From NCBI GenBank assembly GCA_963793265.1, contig CAWBZI010000006.1:832001-896000 (forward strand): DNA of 64,000 bases. The letters run 5' to 3'. The notes below the pieces were generated by a model that had not been told where the DNA came from, did not search any database, and saw only the letters and a program-made list of their open reading frames with translations. Below, piece by piece: positions 21,009 to 30,645 of this stretch. The position numbers and the translations under genes were made by a program. Within the stretch, counting starts at the first letter, position 1; every line of letters starts with the position of its first letter. The stretch is from an uncultured cyanobacterium (GTDB taxonomy: Bacteria; Cyanobacteriota; Cyanobacteriia; Phormidesmidales; Phormidesmidaceae).

Positions 21009-22517
21009 CTAATCCATCTGCTCGTCTTGCGCCTGCATCAAAATTTCTTCAAAGCAGGCTTCACCAATCGTCGTCGCTGGCGTATCAGGATCGTCAAATA
21101 GAAATTCACCAATCGCTCGCACTTCTTCGACTGGCTTGTTAAAACTGATCCGCTTACTCTGAGCAACCTGCGGCGGCGAGGGGAGGTTAGGAATGTACCG
21201 TTGCTCAACAGCCATTTTTTTATCTTTTACCGCTGTCCAAAGTGAGGGGCTGCTGGCCTTACTGCTTGACTTCTTTTTAGATGAGCCGTTTGAAGAACTG
21301 GCCTTGACCAAAGTATCGCCTTCATCGACCGCTTTGACCTTTTCAAACATAGACGTAGGATCATAGGCTTTAGCGCTTTGCGTTCTCTGCTTTTCTTCTT
21401 TGGGCAGTCGCTTCCACTGACTCGTGTATGTCGTAAACAGCCGCATCCCCTCCCGCATTCGTTCTTTAATATGCAGATACAGTTCTGAAGAGGCATCAAT
21501 ACCGCGCTTGGTGGTCGTAATTGGGAGCTTTCGAGCATCGGTACTGTTAAAGCGCACAATGCCTGAGATAGAAATGTACTGAGGATGATATTTCGGAACG
21601 CCTGCTTCGCCCCATCCGGTCAAAATAGTTTTGTCATTAGCAACGACTACGCGATCGTTACAAACAATCGTCCAGCCCGCCGTATCTCGCTTGCGTCGTT
21701 TCTTTGTCTCAGCATCAATGACTTCTTCCTCGCTCGGCAGCGCCCGATGAAAGCCGACAGCAACGGTGACTTCTACGTCTTCTTCGTAGCCTTCGTATAG
21801 GTAGGGAGCGATCGCCTCAGCATCTTTCTTCTTCAGCTTGGTAATTCCCTCCCACTGCAACACCAGCGGCCTCGCCTTCACTAGCTTGTTATTTACCGAT
21901 ACTTCAAAGCCTTTAGCAATGATGTAGCTGTAGAGCGATTCAATTTCTTGAGCAAGTTCTGCCTGAAAAGACTTAGCCGCAAGCTGACTAGCAGCCTCGT
22001 CGCGCATCTCCAAAATTTCAACCACCGTACCGTTCCTATCCAAAGACGGCTTGATAGTCTGCAAGGGCAGATCCCAAGTCTCGTCACTCGTCAGCCAATC
22101 CGGCTGAATGAGCACCTTAAAAGCATCAGATTCGGTTTGAGATACGACTTGAGCAGATCGCCCCATCTTAAAAATGGCTCGCTTCATACCGATGCCATAC
22201 GTGCCAATCGTGGCAATATCGTCATCGTCAGTAATGTTTCTAGGCTTGCCCATCCTGAAGGCATATCGCTGAGCAACCTCGAGCGGAATGCCGCCGCAGT
22301 TATCCGATATTCTGAAGCCCTTTTCTGAAAGTTCTAAACTTGCCCAAAAGCCTTCGTATGGCGTTTCCGAAGGTTCCCTGTCCCGAATCGTTCGCTGAAT
22401 GCCATCTATACAGTTGTCTAAAAGATCGAGGATGGCATCTTTGAGATCGATGTCTCGCGTCAGCATCTCTACAAAGAAGTTTTTAGTCGGCGCGGCATTA
22501 ATCGAAGTTGGGGCCAT
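21009..22517 (-). CDS. GHKL ATPase, prokaryotic MORC-like (HATPase_c_3)
   Basis: AILDLLDNCID (N box), DNCGGI (G1), GTYGIGMKRA (G2), GT.VEI, GW.IVCNDRVV, LPITTTKRG. Confidence 0.82.
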   Translation of the reverse strand: MAPTSINAAPTKNFFVEMLTRDIDLKDAILDLLDNCIDGIQRTIRDREPSETPYEGFWASLELSEKGFRISDNCGGIPLEVAQRYAFRMGKPRNITDDDDIATIGTYGIGMKRAIFKMGRSAQVVSQTESDAFKVLIQPDWLTSDETWDLPLQTIKPSLDRNGTVVEILEMRDEAASQLAAKSFQAELAQEIESLYSYIIAKGFEVSVNNKLVKARPLVLQWEGITKLKKKDAEAIAPYLYEGYEEDVEVTVAVGFHRALPSEEEVIDAETKKRRKRDTAGWTIVCNDRVVVANDKTILTGWGEAGVPKYHPQYISISGIVRFNSTDARKLPITTTKRGIDASSELYLHIKERMREGMRLFTTYTSQWKRLPKEEKQRTQSAKAYDPTSMFEKVKAVDEGDTLVKASSSNGSSKKKSSSKASSPSLWTAVKDKKMAVEQRYIPNLPSPPQVAQSKRISFNKPVEEVRAIGEFLFDDPDTPATTIGEACFEEILMQAQDEQMD

Positions 22518-23022
22518 GGCGATGAACGGTTGAAGTGATGTCTTTGCTATAAACCTTATCGCAGCGTTCCGTTTCTACACCGCTCATTGGCTGATAGCCA
22601 TTCTTTTCATACAGCCGGACGGCTTCTTTTAAGGCAGTGGCTGTTTCTACCCAGGCTTGAGAGAACCCGTTAGCCGCTGCCGCCTGCTCTAACTGAGCCA
22701 GCAAAAAGCGGCCTAGTCCATAGCCCCGAGCTTCAGGTAATAGATACATTTTTCGGATTTCAACCGCTTCTTTTCCCCGCTCAATCGGATGATAGCCTCC
22801 TGTGCCAACGATTTTGCCTGATTGCTCAACGACCCAAAACTCGCCGCCCGCTTCCAAATAGTATTTTTCGACTTCTACCGCATCTTGGTCGCTACAGCCG
22901 CCGCAGCTTACTTCCCAGCCGAGTCCGTATTCGGCTAGGACAGTTTTGATGACATTAGCGGCAGCGGTGCGATCGCTCGCCACCCAATCTCGAATCAAGA
23001 AATTCCTAAACCTAATCCGCAT
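22498..23022 (-). CDS. GNAT family N-acetyltransferase
   Basis: EIRKMYLLPEARGYGLG, AVRLYEKNGY. Confidence 0.92.
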   Translation of the reverse strand: MRIRFRNFLIRDWVASDRTAAANVIKTVLAEYGLGWEVSCGGCSDQDAVEVEKYYLEAGGEFWVVEQSGKIVGTGGYHPIERGKEAVEIRKMYLLPEARGYGLGRFLLAQLEQAAAANGFSQAWVETATALKEAVRLYEKNGYQPMSGVETERCDKVYSKDITSTVHRHGPNFD

Positions 23023-23054
23023 CTACATTTCCCGCTCAATGTATGCCAATATCT

Positions 23055-23660
23055 CTAGCTATGTATTCGAGGCTCAGGATACAGATTGCTAAGTATCTCA
23101 CTCTCTTGTACAGCTAGCTCTCTCAGTCGATCGTTGACACTATCAATATCAAAATACGTAGTCGCCAGCAACCAATAGCTGCCGTAATGTCTGGCTTCAG
23201 AGGCCATTAGCGATCGATAGAACTTGGCAAGCTGCGGATCTGGGCAGTGCTCGCCAATTAAGCCTAGTCGCTCGTGGCTACGAGCTTCTATCAGCGCCGA
23301 CACTAGCAAAAAGTCGAGCATCCGATCTGGCTCCTGCCTGCGTACTAGCTTTTTGAGGCTGGCACCATAGGGCGGTGGTGTCACTGGCTGCAAGGGAATG
23401 CCGCGCTTGTCTAGCCACTGGTTGACCTGTTCGTAATGACTGAGTTCTTCTTGCGCAATCGCCGTTAGCTCTCGAACCAACCTATCACTCGAAGGATACC
23501 GCGACATCATCTGAATCGCAGTGCCCGCTGCCTTGCGCTCACACTGAGCATGGTCGAGCAAGATAGTGTCTATGTTTGCGATCGCCTGCTCTACCCAAGC
23601 CTGCGAGGTCGGCGTCTTTAAAAACTTAATCTTTGACTTAGCCGGAACAGTAGCAACCAA
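23055..23660 (-). CDS. miaE: tRNA-(ms2io6A37) hydroxylase
   Basis: LLDHAQCERKAA, EELSH, IEARSHER, SEARH di-iron motifs. Confidence 0.93.
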   Translation of the reverse strand: MVATVPAKSKIKFLKTPTSQAWVEQAIANIDTILLDHAQCERKAAGTAIQMMSRYPSSDRLVRELTAIAQEELSHYEQVNQWLDKRGIPLQPVTPPPYGASLKKLVRRQEPDRMLDFLLVSALIEARSHERLGLIGEHCPDPQLAKFYRSLMASEARHYGSYWLLATTYFDIDSVNDRLRELAVQESEILSNLYPEPRIHS

Positions 23661-23720
23661 GGCGCTCGTTACCCTATCGGAACAGGCCCATATTGTAAAC
23701 GTAATCGCAGACGCGTTCTA

Positions 23721-24158
23721 TCAGTTACGAAGATGCTTCACTAAGCCTTCTAAACCCAACCGATAGCTATCCGCGCCAAAGCCGCTAATTTGGCCGACCG
23801 CAACTGGCGCAATATAAGAATGATGCCGAAAAGCTTCGCGCTGGTGAATATTACTCAAATGAATCTCTACCGTGGGAATCGCCACCGCTGCAATGGCATC
23901 TCTAATCGCCACGCTCGTATGCGTATAGGCACCTGGATTGATCAAAATGCCCTGGTGGAGATTCAAGGCTTCTTGAACCGTGTCCACCAGGGCACCTTCA
24001 TGGTTAGATTGAAAAAAAGTTAGCTTCACCTCTAAAGATTCGGCCACTTTGACTAGAGCTTCATTGATATCTTGCAGGGTTTGAGAACCGTAAATACCTG
24101 GCTCCCTTTTGCCTAACATGTTGAGGTTAGGCCCATTCAATACCAAAATGCTGATCAA
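23721..24158 (-). CDS. aroQ: Type II 3-dehydroquinate dehydratase
   Basis: [39 protein letters not shown]. Confidence 0.96.
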   Translation of the reverse strand: MISILVLNGPNLNMLGKREPGIYGSQTLQDINEALVKVAESLEVKLTFFQSNHEGALVDTVQEALNLHQGILINPGAYTHTSVAIRDAIAAVAIPTVEIHLSNIHQREAFRHHSYIAPVAVGQISGFGADSYRLGLEGLVKHLRN

Positions 24159-24167
24159 AACAGTGCG

Positions 24168-24314
24168 CTACCGGCGATGACGGCGACCGTCTCTATCATC
24201 TACGGGAATAGGAATAGGCTCGTGTTCAGGCTGCGTTTGCGGCCCAAATAAAGCGTCTACTACCTTATCAATCCATTCTCCGAGTTTTTCTAAAACCTGA
24301 TCGATATAGTCCAT
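24168..24314 (-). CDS. Small hypothetical protein (48 aa), not in the ORF track
   Basis: Hand translation MDYIDQVLEKLGEWIDKVVDALFGPQTQPEHEPIPIPVDDRDGRRHRR; GAGAGGGAG SD-like sequence upstream; stops 9 nt before aroQ. Confidence 0.72.
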   Translation of the reverse strand: MDYIDQVLEKLGEWIDKVVDALFGPQTQPEHEPIPIPVDDRDGRRHRR

Positions 24315-24561
24315 GAGCTAGATTGCTCCCTCTCATCTTCTTGCAATAATTCGCCTTGGCAGAGCAACTAGGAAAACCTAATCGAGGCCGGAAGGGAACA
24401 AAGCCATACGCTTTCGGCACATTCGATGATGGCCTAAACAGACGACGACTTATGTATTTATGATAACCAATTAAGAGGAATGATCAAGGTTGGGGCGGTA
24501 GATTTAACATAATCTCCTATATTTCTTTAGACAGAGGCGATCGCACTGCTCCCCATACCTT

Positions 24562-25815
24562 TTAGCCCAAGAGCTGTAGCCGCAAAGCGTTAAGCGCACT
24601 CAGCGCACTCCGCTGGCGAATCTGATCGCGACTGAGATCTGCGCCGAACAGGTGCTTGTGTGTTAAAGTTCCGGCGGCTGAGGACAGGCCGATGTAAACG
24701 AGCCCTACTGGCTTTTCATCGCTACCGCCGCCCGGCCCGGCAACACCTGTGATGCTAATGCCCCAGTCTGTGCCAAGGCGATCGCGCACCCCTTCAGCCA
24801 TCGCCGCTGCTACTTCCGCGCTCACGGCTCCCACGCTATTCAACAGCGCTTCATCAACGCCTAAAACGCCTCGCTTCACCCGGTTGTCATAAGAGATAAC
24901 GCCACCCCAAAAGTAGCTAGAGCTGCCGGGCGTCGCCGTAATCATTTGGCCAAGCCCACCGCCCGTACAAGATTCGGCCACGCTGAGCGTCGAGGCGTTC
25001 TGCTGCAAAAGCGCGCCCACCACGCTCGCTAACGTATCGTCGTCCTGTCCATAGCAGTGAGCAGATCCAATCTGACGAATTTCTTTGGCAATCGGATCGA
25101 TTAACTTGTCCGCCTCGGCAACTGTCTCAGCGCGTGCCGAAATTCGCAGCTTAACTTCGCCATCACCTGCATAAGGCGCAACGGTTGGATTTTCCAGGTC
25201 TAGCAGTGATCGCACCTTCGTCGCCAGCGTCTCCTCGCCAATGCCCCAAAACTTCAGCGTTTGGCTATGAATCACGCCATCGGCCCAGCCGTTTGCCTGA
25301 AGATAGGGCCGCGCCGTTTGCTGCCACATCGCTTTCATTTCACGCGGAACGCCTGGGAATGTCATCACCAGCAAGCCTTTTCGAGGCTCCCAAAGTACGC
25401 CAGGCGCGGTGCCGACTGGATTAGGGAGAATGCTCGCCTCGACAGGAAGCTGCGCCTGGCGGCGGCTGATATCGTTAAGCTCGCGGCCCCGGCTAGCAAA
25501 TTTTGCCTTGAGGTCAGCAACGATTTCACGGCGCTCAGAGAGCTGCGAACCAAAGAAATCGGCCAGGGTCGCTATGGTCAAATCATCGGGGGTAGGGCCG
25601 AGGCCGCCTGTAAAGATGAGCAGTCGGGCGCGTTCACAGGCGATCGCAACGGCCCGTTGAATGCGCAAAGGATTATCACCCACCACGGTTTGATAGTGAT
25701 GGGTAATTCCAAGGCTGGCGAGCTGTTGAGCTATATATTGCGCATTGCCGTTTACAATGTCGCCCAGCAGTAGCTCTGTGCCCACACAAATAATTTCAGC
25801 GCTTCGGCGGCTCAT
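24562..25815 (-). CDS. cinA: Competence/damage-inducible protein A (MocF domain plus PncC NMN deamidase)
   Basis: AEIICVGTELLLG, TGGLGPTPDD, VAESCTGG, ITGVAGPGGG; start 25815 or 25827. Confidence 0.94.
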   Translation of the reverse strand: MSRRSAEIICVGTELLLGDIVNGNAQYIAQQLASLGITHHYQTVVGDNPLRIQRAVAIACERARLLIFTGGLGPTPDDLTIATLADFFGSQLSERREIVADLKAKFASRGRELNDISRRQAQLPVEASILPNPVGTAPGVLWEPRKGLLVMTFPGVPREMKAMWQQTARPYLQANGWADGVIHSQTLKFWGIGEETLATKVRSLLDLENPTVAPYAGDGEVKLRISARAETVAEADKLIDPIAKEIRQIGSAHCYGQDDDTLASVVGALLQQNASTLSVAESCTGGGLGQMITATPGSSSYFWGGVISYDNRVKRGVLGVDEALLNSVGAVSAEVAAAMAEGVRDRLGTDWGISITGVAGPGGGSDEKPVGLVYIGLSSAAGTLTHKHLFGADLSRDQIRQRSALSALNALRLQLLG

Positions 25816-25825
25816 GAGATAGGCC

Positions 25826-27415
25826 ATGGACTACGAAAGCGAGTATAGCGCTCGTCAGCCAGATAGGCGGGCCTCAATTTGGGGGCTTTTAGGCGGCGGG
25901 CTTCTCTTTCGAGGCATCATCGCCTGGTTTCTACCGCCTGGCTTCGATGAAGCCTACTATTTTCTCTACAGCCAGCATCTCGACTGGAGCTATTTTGATC
26001 ATCCGTTAGCGGTTGCATTTTCGACAGGCATTGGCGTTTGGCTGACGGGCGTAGTGTCGCCTTTTACAATTCGGATTGGGGCTTTAGCGCTATTCACTGG
26101 CAGCGTTTGGCTGCTGTATGAGACGGGGCGATCGCTCTTTGGCAAGCGGGCAGGTTGGATTTGTGGTGCGATCGCGTCCCTTTCCCCACTATTCCTACTC
26201 ACCTTTGGCACCCTCACCGCGCCTGATAACGCGCTGATTTTCTTTTGGAGCGCCACTCTTTATCTATGCGCTCAAGAATTCTTCAGGCAGACTTATTACT
26301 ACCAGCCAACGTTTCGACTCGCACTGATTGGTCTAACGGTTGGGCTTGCTTGCTTGAGCAAGTACCACGGCGGGCTGCTTGGCTGGGGGTTAGTATGCTT
26401 TTGCCTTACCAGCTCTCACCATCGCAAAGCCCTGCGTTCTAGATGGATGATCGGCAGCGTTCTACTGTTCGGCCTATGCTTGCTACCTATTTTGTACTGG
26501 AATAGCCAGCATCACTGGATTTCGTTTCAGTTCCAATTAGGTAGCAGATTCGCAGGCAGTGCGCTCAAATATTCACTGTCCAATCTATGCGGGGTGCTTT
26601 TAGCAGAGATAGGCTTTTTGTTTCCGACAATTGGTCTGCCGCTCTGGTGGATTGTCTTAAGCGCGAGCCTCCGCCAGTCAACTAATCAGTACAGTTCTCC
26701 TCAAAGCGCTAAAACGCGATTCGTTCTATGGGTCAGCTTACCTATAGCCGTTGGCTTTACAGCACTAGGCGGCCTCACACAAATTTATCCCGCCTGGCCC
26801 GCACCGGGACTGTGGGGTTTGACGCTTTTGTTGGGACGAGCCGCCGTAAGCTGGCCTCAAAGTCAAGTTCGCAACTGGCTCAATGGCACCAGCCTTGCTA
26901 TCGGATCGCTACTTATGTTTGCACTGCTGCACATCACACTTGGAACGCTTCAGCAGCCCAGCACTCATTCGATTTTTGGCGGCTTCATCGCCCCCCAGCA
27001 AGATCCTTCAACAGCACTCATCGACGTAAGGCAGCTTCGCCAGCAGCTCAATAATTCAGGTGAGTTTCAAGCAGCTTTACAAACCACTGACTTTGCTATC
27101 ACCCACGAGTTTTGGCTGAGCGGATACGTTGCGATGGCGCTGCCGAATGCCATGAGCTTAGAGATTGGCAGCTTTACAGAAGATCCGAGGGGCAGCGCTT
27201 TTTGGTTTGACTCCCGCCGCTGGTTGACCAAAAACGCTCTATTCTTTAGCCTGACAGACTTTGCTCAGCCAGAGGTGATTAAAGAAGTCGCTCCCTACTT
27301 CCAGTCCATCACGCTATTGACTACGCTCGACACTAAACGCGGCAAAGCCACCACAGAAACTTTCTATATCTATCAAGCGCGCAACTTGATCAGGCCCTAC
27401 CCCTATCCCTACTAA
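25826..27415 (+). CDS. Glycosyltransferase family 39 (ArnT/PMT-like)
   Basis: DEAYY...LDWSYFDHP, LSKY, polytopic membrane protein. Confidence 0.87.
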   Translation: MDYESEYSARQPDRRASIWGLLGGGLLFRGIIAWFLPPGFDEAYYFLYSQHLDWSYFDHPLAVAFSTGIGVWLTGVVSPFTIRIGALALFTGSVWLLYETGRSLFGKRAGWICGAIASLSPLFLLTFGTLTAPDNALIFFWSATLYLCAQEFFRQTYYYQPTFRLALIGLTVGLACLSKYHGGLLGWGLVCFCLTSSHHRKALRSRWMIGSVLLFGLCLLPILYWNSQHHWISFQFQLGSRFAGSALKYSLSNLCGVLLAEIGFLFPTIGLPLWWIVLSASLRQSTNQYSSPQSAKTRFVLWVSLPIAVGFTALGGLTQIYPAWPAPGLWGLTLLLGRAAVSWPQSQVRNWLNGTSLAIGSLLMFALLHITLGTLQQPSTHSIFGGFIAPQQDPSTALIDVRQLRQQLNNSGEFQAALQTTDFAITHEFWLSGYVAMALPNAMSLEIGSFTEDPRGSAFWFDSRRWLTKNALFFSLTDFAQPEVIKEVAPYFQSITLLTTLDTKRGKATTETFYIYQARNLIRPYPYPY

Positions 27416-28476
27416 CGAGCGTGGCGAAGCGCCTGCCAGCCCGTGTAGCTCAGCAGCGCCGTCGAGGCAAATACAAAGGGAATGCCAGCACGTAGCCCAG
27501 AGAACGCCATCGCTAAACTGCCTACCCATAGCGCCAGCACATATATAAATAAAACCGTAAAGCGATGGGAGAAACCAGCTTTGAGCAAACGGTGGTGCAG
27601 ATGACGCTTGTCGGCTACGAAAGGCGAGAGCCCTTTACGCAATCGCAGCAAAATAACTGCCGACATATCCAGAATCGGAATCGCCAGGATTAGAGATGGC
27701 AGCACGACTGCAACCGTTGTCACACCTTTGACCAATCCGATAATGCCGACGCCCGCTAGAGTAAAGCCAATAAAATACGCACCGCCATCGCCCATGAATA
27801 TTTGCGCGGGGTTGAAGTTGTAGCGCAAAAAACTTAGCAAGCCGCCTGCCAAGGCTGCTGCAATCAAGGCCGCCGCAGGCTGCTGCATATATAGGCTCAC
27901 GACCATCATCACAACAGCAGCAATACCCGACACGCCAGCCGCTAAACCATCCAAACCGTCGATCCAGTTAATCGCATTGGCCATACCCACCAGCCAGAAG
28001 ACAGTCACGATGAGACTGATCCAATTAGGCAGTTGAATAATGCCGGTTTCAACTAAAGGCAGGCTTAAAAAGGCAATATCGACGCCTACATACCAGGCCA
28101 CAGACGCCACTGCCGCCTGCATAATTAATCGGCTAACTGCAGATAGTCCGAACAGGTCGTCAACGAGGCCAATTAGGAAGAACGCCAGACCACCAATGGT
28201 GACGCCCCAAATCGAATTGTCTGCCACCGGATCGAGGGGTAGGCCATCGGAGTCTAGAAAACCACCTAAAAACCACACCACTAAGAGCGCGATCAGTACG
28301 CCAAAAAAGATAGACACACCACCAAGACGAACCATCGGCTGGCTATGGACTTTTCTACCCCCAGGCAAATCAACTTTTCCGCTAGCGAGCCCGGCCCTCC
28401 TAACGATGGGCGTTAGAACTAGGACGATAACGGCTGAAATAACAAAAGCGGCGAGATGGTAAGACGGGAATGCCAT
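27412..28476 (-). CDS. Polyprenyl-phosphate HexNAc-1-phosphate transferase (WecA/TagO, MraY-like)
   Basis: RKVH..P..RLGG, GLVDD, NAINWIDGLDGLA, YNFNPAQIFMGD.G, HLHHRL. Confidence 0.92.
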   Translation of the reverse strand: MAFPSYHLAAFVISAVIVLVLTPIVRRAGLASGKVDLPGGRKVHSQPMVRLGGVSIFFGVLIALLVVWFLGGFLDSDGLPLDPVADNSIWGVTIGGLAFFLIGLVDDLFGLSAVSRLIMQAAVASVAWYVGVDIAFLSLPLVETGIIQLPNWISLIVTVFWLVGMANAINWIDGLDGLAAGVSGIAAVVMMVVSLYMQQPAAALIAAALAGGLLSFLRYNFNPAQIFMGDGGAYFIGFTLAGVGIIGLVKGVTTVAVVLPSLILAIPILDMSAVILLRLRKGLSPFVADKRHLHHRLLKAGFSHRFTVLFIYVLALWVGSLAMAFSGLRAGIPFVFASTALLSYTGWQALRHAR

Positions 28477-28806
28477 CAGGACAGATTGTGTAGGGTGGGC
28501 AAACTTAGGAACACACTTTCTGTAAAAGGCTACGAATTCACAACAGAGACATCCGGCACTTTACCGAAGCCGTCTGCTGACAATGAAGCACTCTAAAAAC
28601 TTAGATATTGTGTGCAGAACGATTAATAGGTTAGTAACGAAGGTTTGAAATATGAGTCAGAGATGTAGGCAAAAACGGACTGAACGCACCTGATTAGAAG
28701 GGTTTGAACGCCATTTAAAGCCTACTGGGCGACAGTATACCCCTTTACAATCTACCTAACGTATGAAAAATATCAACAATCCCTCATACGAATTAATGAG
28801 AAAAAG

Positions 28807-28852
28807 CAAAAGACCTCAGGCACGCCGGTAGAAACATGTCTGAGGTCTTTTG
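28807..28852 (-). terminator. Intrinsic terminator after glyA
   Basis: CAAAAGACCTCAGGCA / TGTCTGAGGTCTTTTG inverted repeat with A/T flanks. Confidence 0.7.
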
Positions 28853-28882
28853 ACTATTCTTTTGCTTTATAAGAAGCAGTGA

Positions 28883-30166
28883 CTACACCAAAGCAGGCTC
28901 GGCAACCTGCAAATGAGGGTACAGCGGGAATCGATCGCACAAGTTCAAAACCCGTCGCTTGCAATCATCACCCACCGAACTATCCTCTGGATTGAGCAAA
29001 CAATCAGCAATAATATTCGCAATCTCCGTAAACTCGGACTCACCCATGCCTCGAGTGGTCATCGCAGGCGTGCCTAAACGCAAGCCGCTGGTTACAAACG
29101 GAGACTCAGGGTCAAACGGCACCGTGTTTTTGTTAGCTGTGATATTTACCTGGCTCACCAAAGCATCTGCAATTTTGCCGGTCATGTTAATAGAGCGCAA
29201 ATCCATCAGCACCAGATGGTTGTCGGTACCGTCAGACACTACCTTAATGCCTCGCTTTTGAAGCTGAGCAGCGAGCGCCTGTGCGTTCTTAATCACCTGC
29301 TGGCAGTAGTCCTTAAACGATGGGCGCAAGGCTTCACCAAAGGCAACAGCTTTGGCCGCAACAACATGCTCTAAGGGGCCACCCTGACTACCAGGGAAGA
29401 CGGCCTTATCAAACTTTTTACCTAAATCTGCATCGCGGGTCATAATCAAACCGCCGCGTGGGCCGCGCAGCGTTTTGTGGGTCGTAGTGGTAACTACGTC
29501 ACAGTGAGGCAGTGGGTTGGGGTGGAGGCCAGTGGCAACCAGGCCCGCAATGTGAGCGATGTCGGCCATGAGATAGGCACCGACTTCATCTGCGATCGCC
29601 CGAAACTTCTCAAAGTGAATCGTCCGCGGATAGGCCGAATAGCCGCAGATGATCATCTTTGGCTTGTGCTCTAAGGCAATGGCTCGAATCTCGTCAAAAT
29701 CTAGCTGCTCGGTTTCACGGTTAACGCCATACTGCACCACGTTGAACCACTTACCCGAAAAGTTCACCGGAGAGCCGTGCGTGAGGTGCCCGCCGTGAGA
29801 TAAGTCCATGCCCAAGATAGTATCGCCGGGCTTGAGTAGCGCTAAGAACACCGCAAAGTTTGCCTGTGCGCCTGAGTGAGGCTGCACGTTGGCATGGGCT
29901 GCGCCAAAAAGCTTCTTCACCCGGTCAATCGCAAGCTGTTCAGCCTGGTCAACAAATTCGCAGCCGCCGTAGTAGCGCTTAGTCGGCAGACCTTCTGCAT
30001 ATTTGTTGGTCAGCACAGAGCCCTGAGCAGCCATTACGGCTGGTGAGGTGAAGTTTTCGCTAGCAATTAGCTCCAGGTGAGTTTGCTGGCGATTTAGCTC
30101 CTGGCCCATAATGGCCGCTAGCTCTGGATCTTCCTGCTGCAAAAAGTCAATATTGGCCTTACTCAT
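28883..30166 (-). CDS. glyA: Serine hydroxymethyltransferase
   Basis: [34 protein letters not shown]. Confidence 0.98.
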   Translation of the reverse strand: MSKANIDFLQQEDPELAAIMGQELNRQQTHLELIASENFTSPAVMAAQGSVLTNKYAEGLPTKRYYGGCEFVDQAEQLAIDRVKKLFGAAHANVQPHSGAQANFAVFLALLKPGDTILGMDLSHGGHLTHGSPVNFSGKWFNVVQYGVNRETEQLDFDEIRAIALEHKPKMIICGYSAYPRTIHFEKFRAIADEVGAYLMADIAHIAGLVATGLHPNPLPHCDVVTTTTHKTLRGPRGGLIMTRDADLGKKFDKAVFPGSQGGPLEHVVAAKAVAFGEALRPSFKDYCQQVIKNAQALAAQLQKRGIKVVSDGTDNHLVLMDLRSINMTGKIADALVSQVNITANKNTVPFDPESPFVTSGLRLGTPAMTTRGMGESEFTEIANIIADCLLNPEDSSVGDDCKRRVLNLCDRFPLYPHLQVAEPALV

Positions 30167-30319
30167 CTACTCAAGTCCTCTGGCAATTCATCTGGCAATT
30201 TAGAACATTTATGATAGCGCCTTGTAACCCTGAAGCTGCGGGCGATCGCGCATAAATTCTATGAGTAAACAGAATGTAACCTGATGCGGAAGCTGGATAG
30301 ATTGCCCTAAGGGTGCCAA

Positions 30320-30344
30320 ATTGTAACGCTTTGAAACATATAAT
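30320..30344 (+). promoter_or_regulatory. HLR1-like (RpaB) direct repeat adjacent to a TATAAT box upstream of crtB
   Basis: Minus strand GTTTCAAA-GC-GTTACAAT (30320-30337), one mismatch to the HLR1 consensus; TATAAT at 30339-30344. Confidence 0.45.
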
Positions 30345-30645
30345 AGAAAAATTAAGCATTGCTCAGGATCTATCGACTGTTCAGGCCACACACATGTAGC
30401 CCTGAAGCGATGAGCCCGAAGCTGCTTTTTGAGCCGCTGCCCTGTTGGCATCACCAAAACCTCTGCTGTAATCGTCGCTACACTAGCTAGCCCCACGGCC
30501 CTGTTGGCGTATAAAGTAATGAAAGCGATTCGCTCGGTACACACTTGTTTGCCCGGTTTCAAATGTTACCCGACGCGGTTAATACATCAGAGATTCTGCC
30601 AAAATTAGCGACTTGCCACTGTTCATTTTCCAGTTTGAGGCATTG

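Noticed and set aside
18646..22517. UvrD helicase plus MORC ATPase as a two-gene defence operon
   Set aside because: The genes are convergent, so not co-transcribed, and no nuclease is present; adjacency alone is weak evidence
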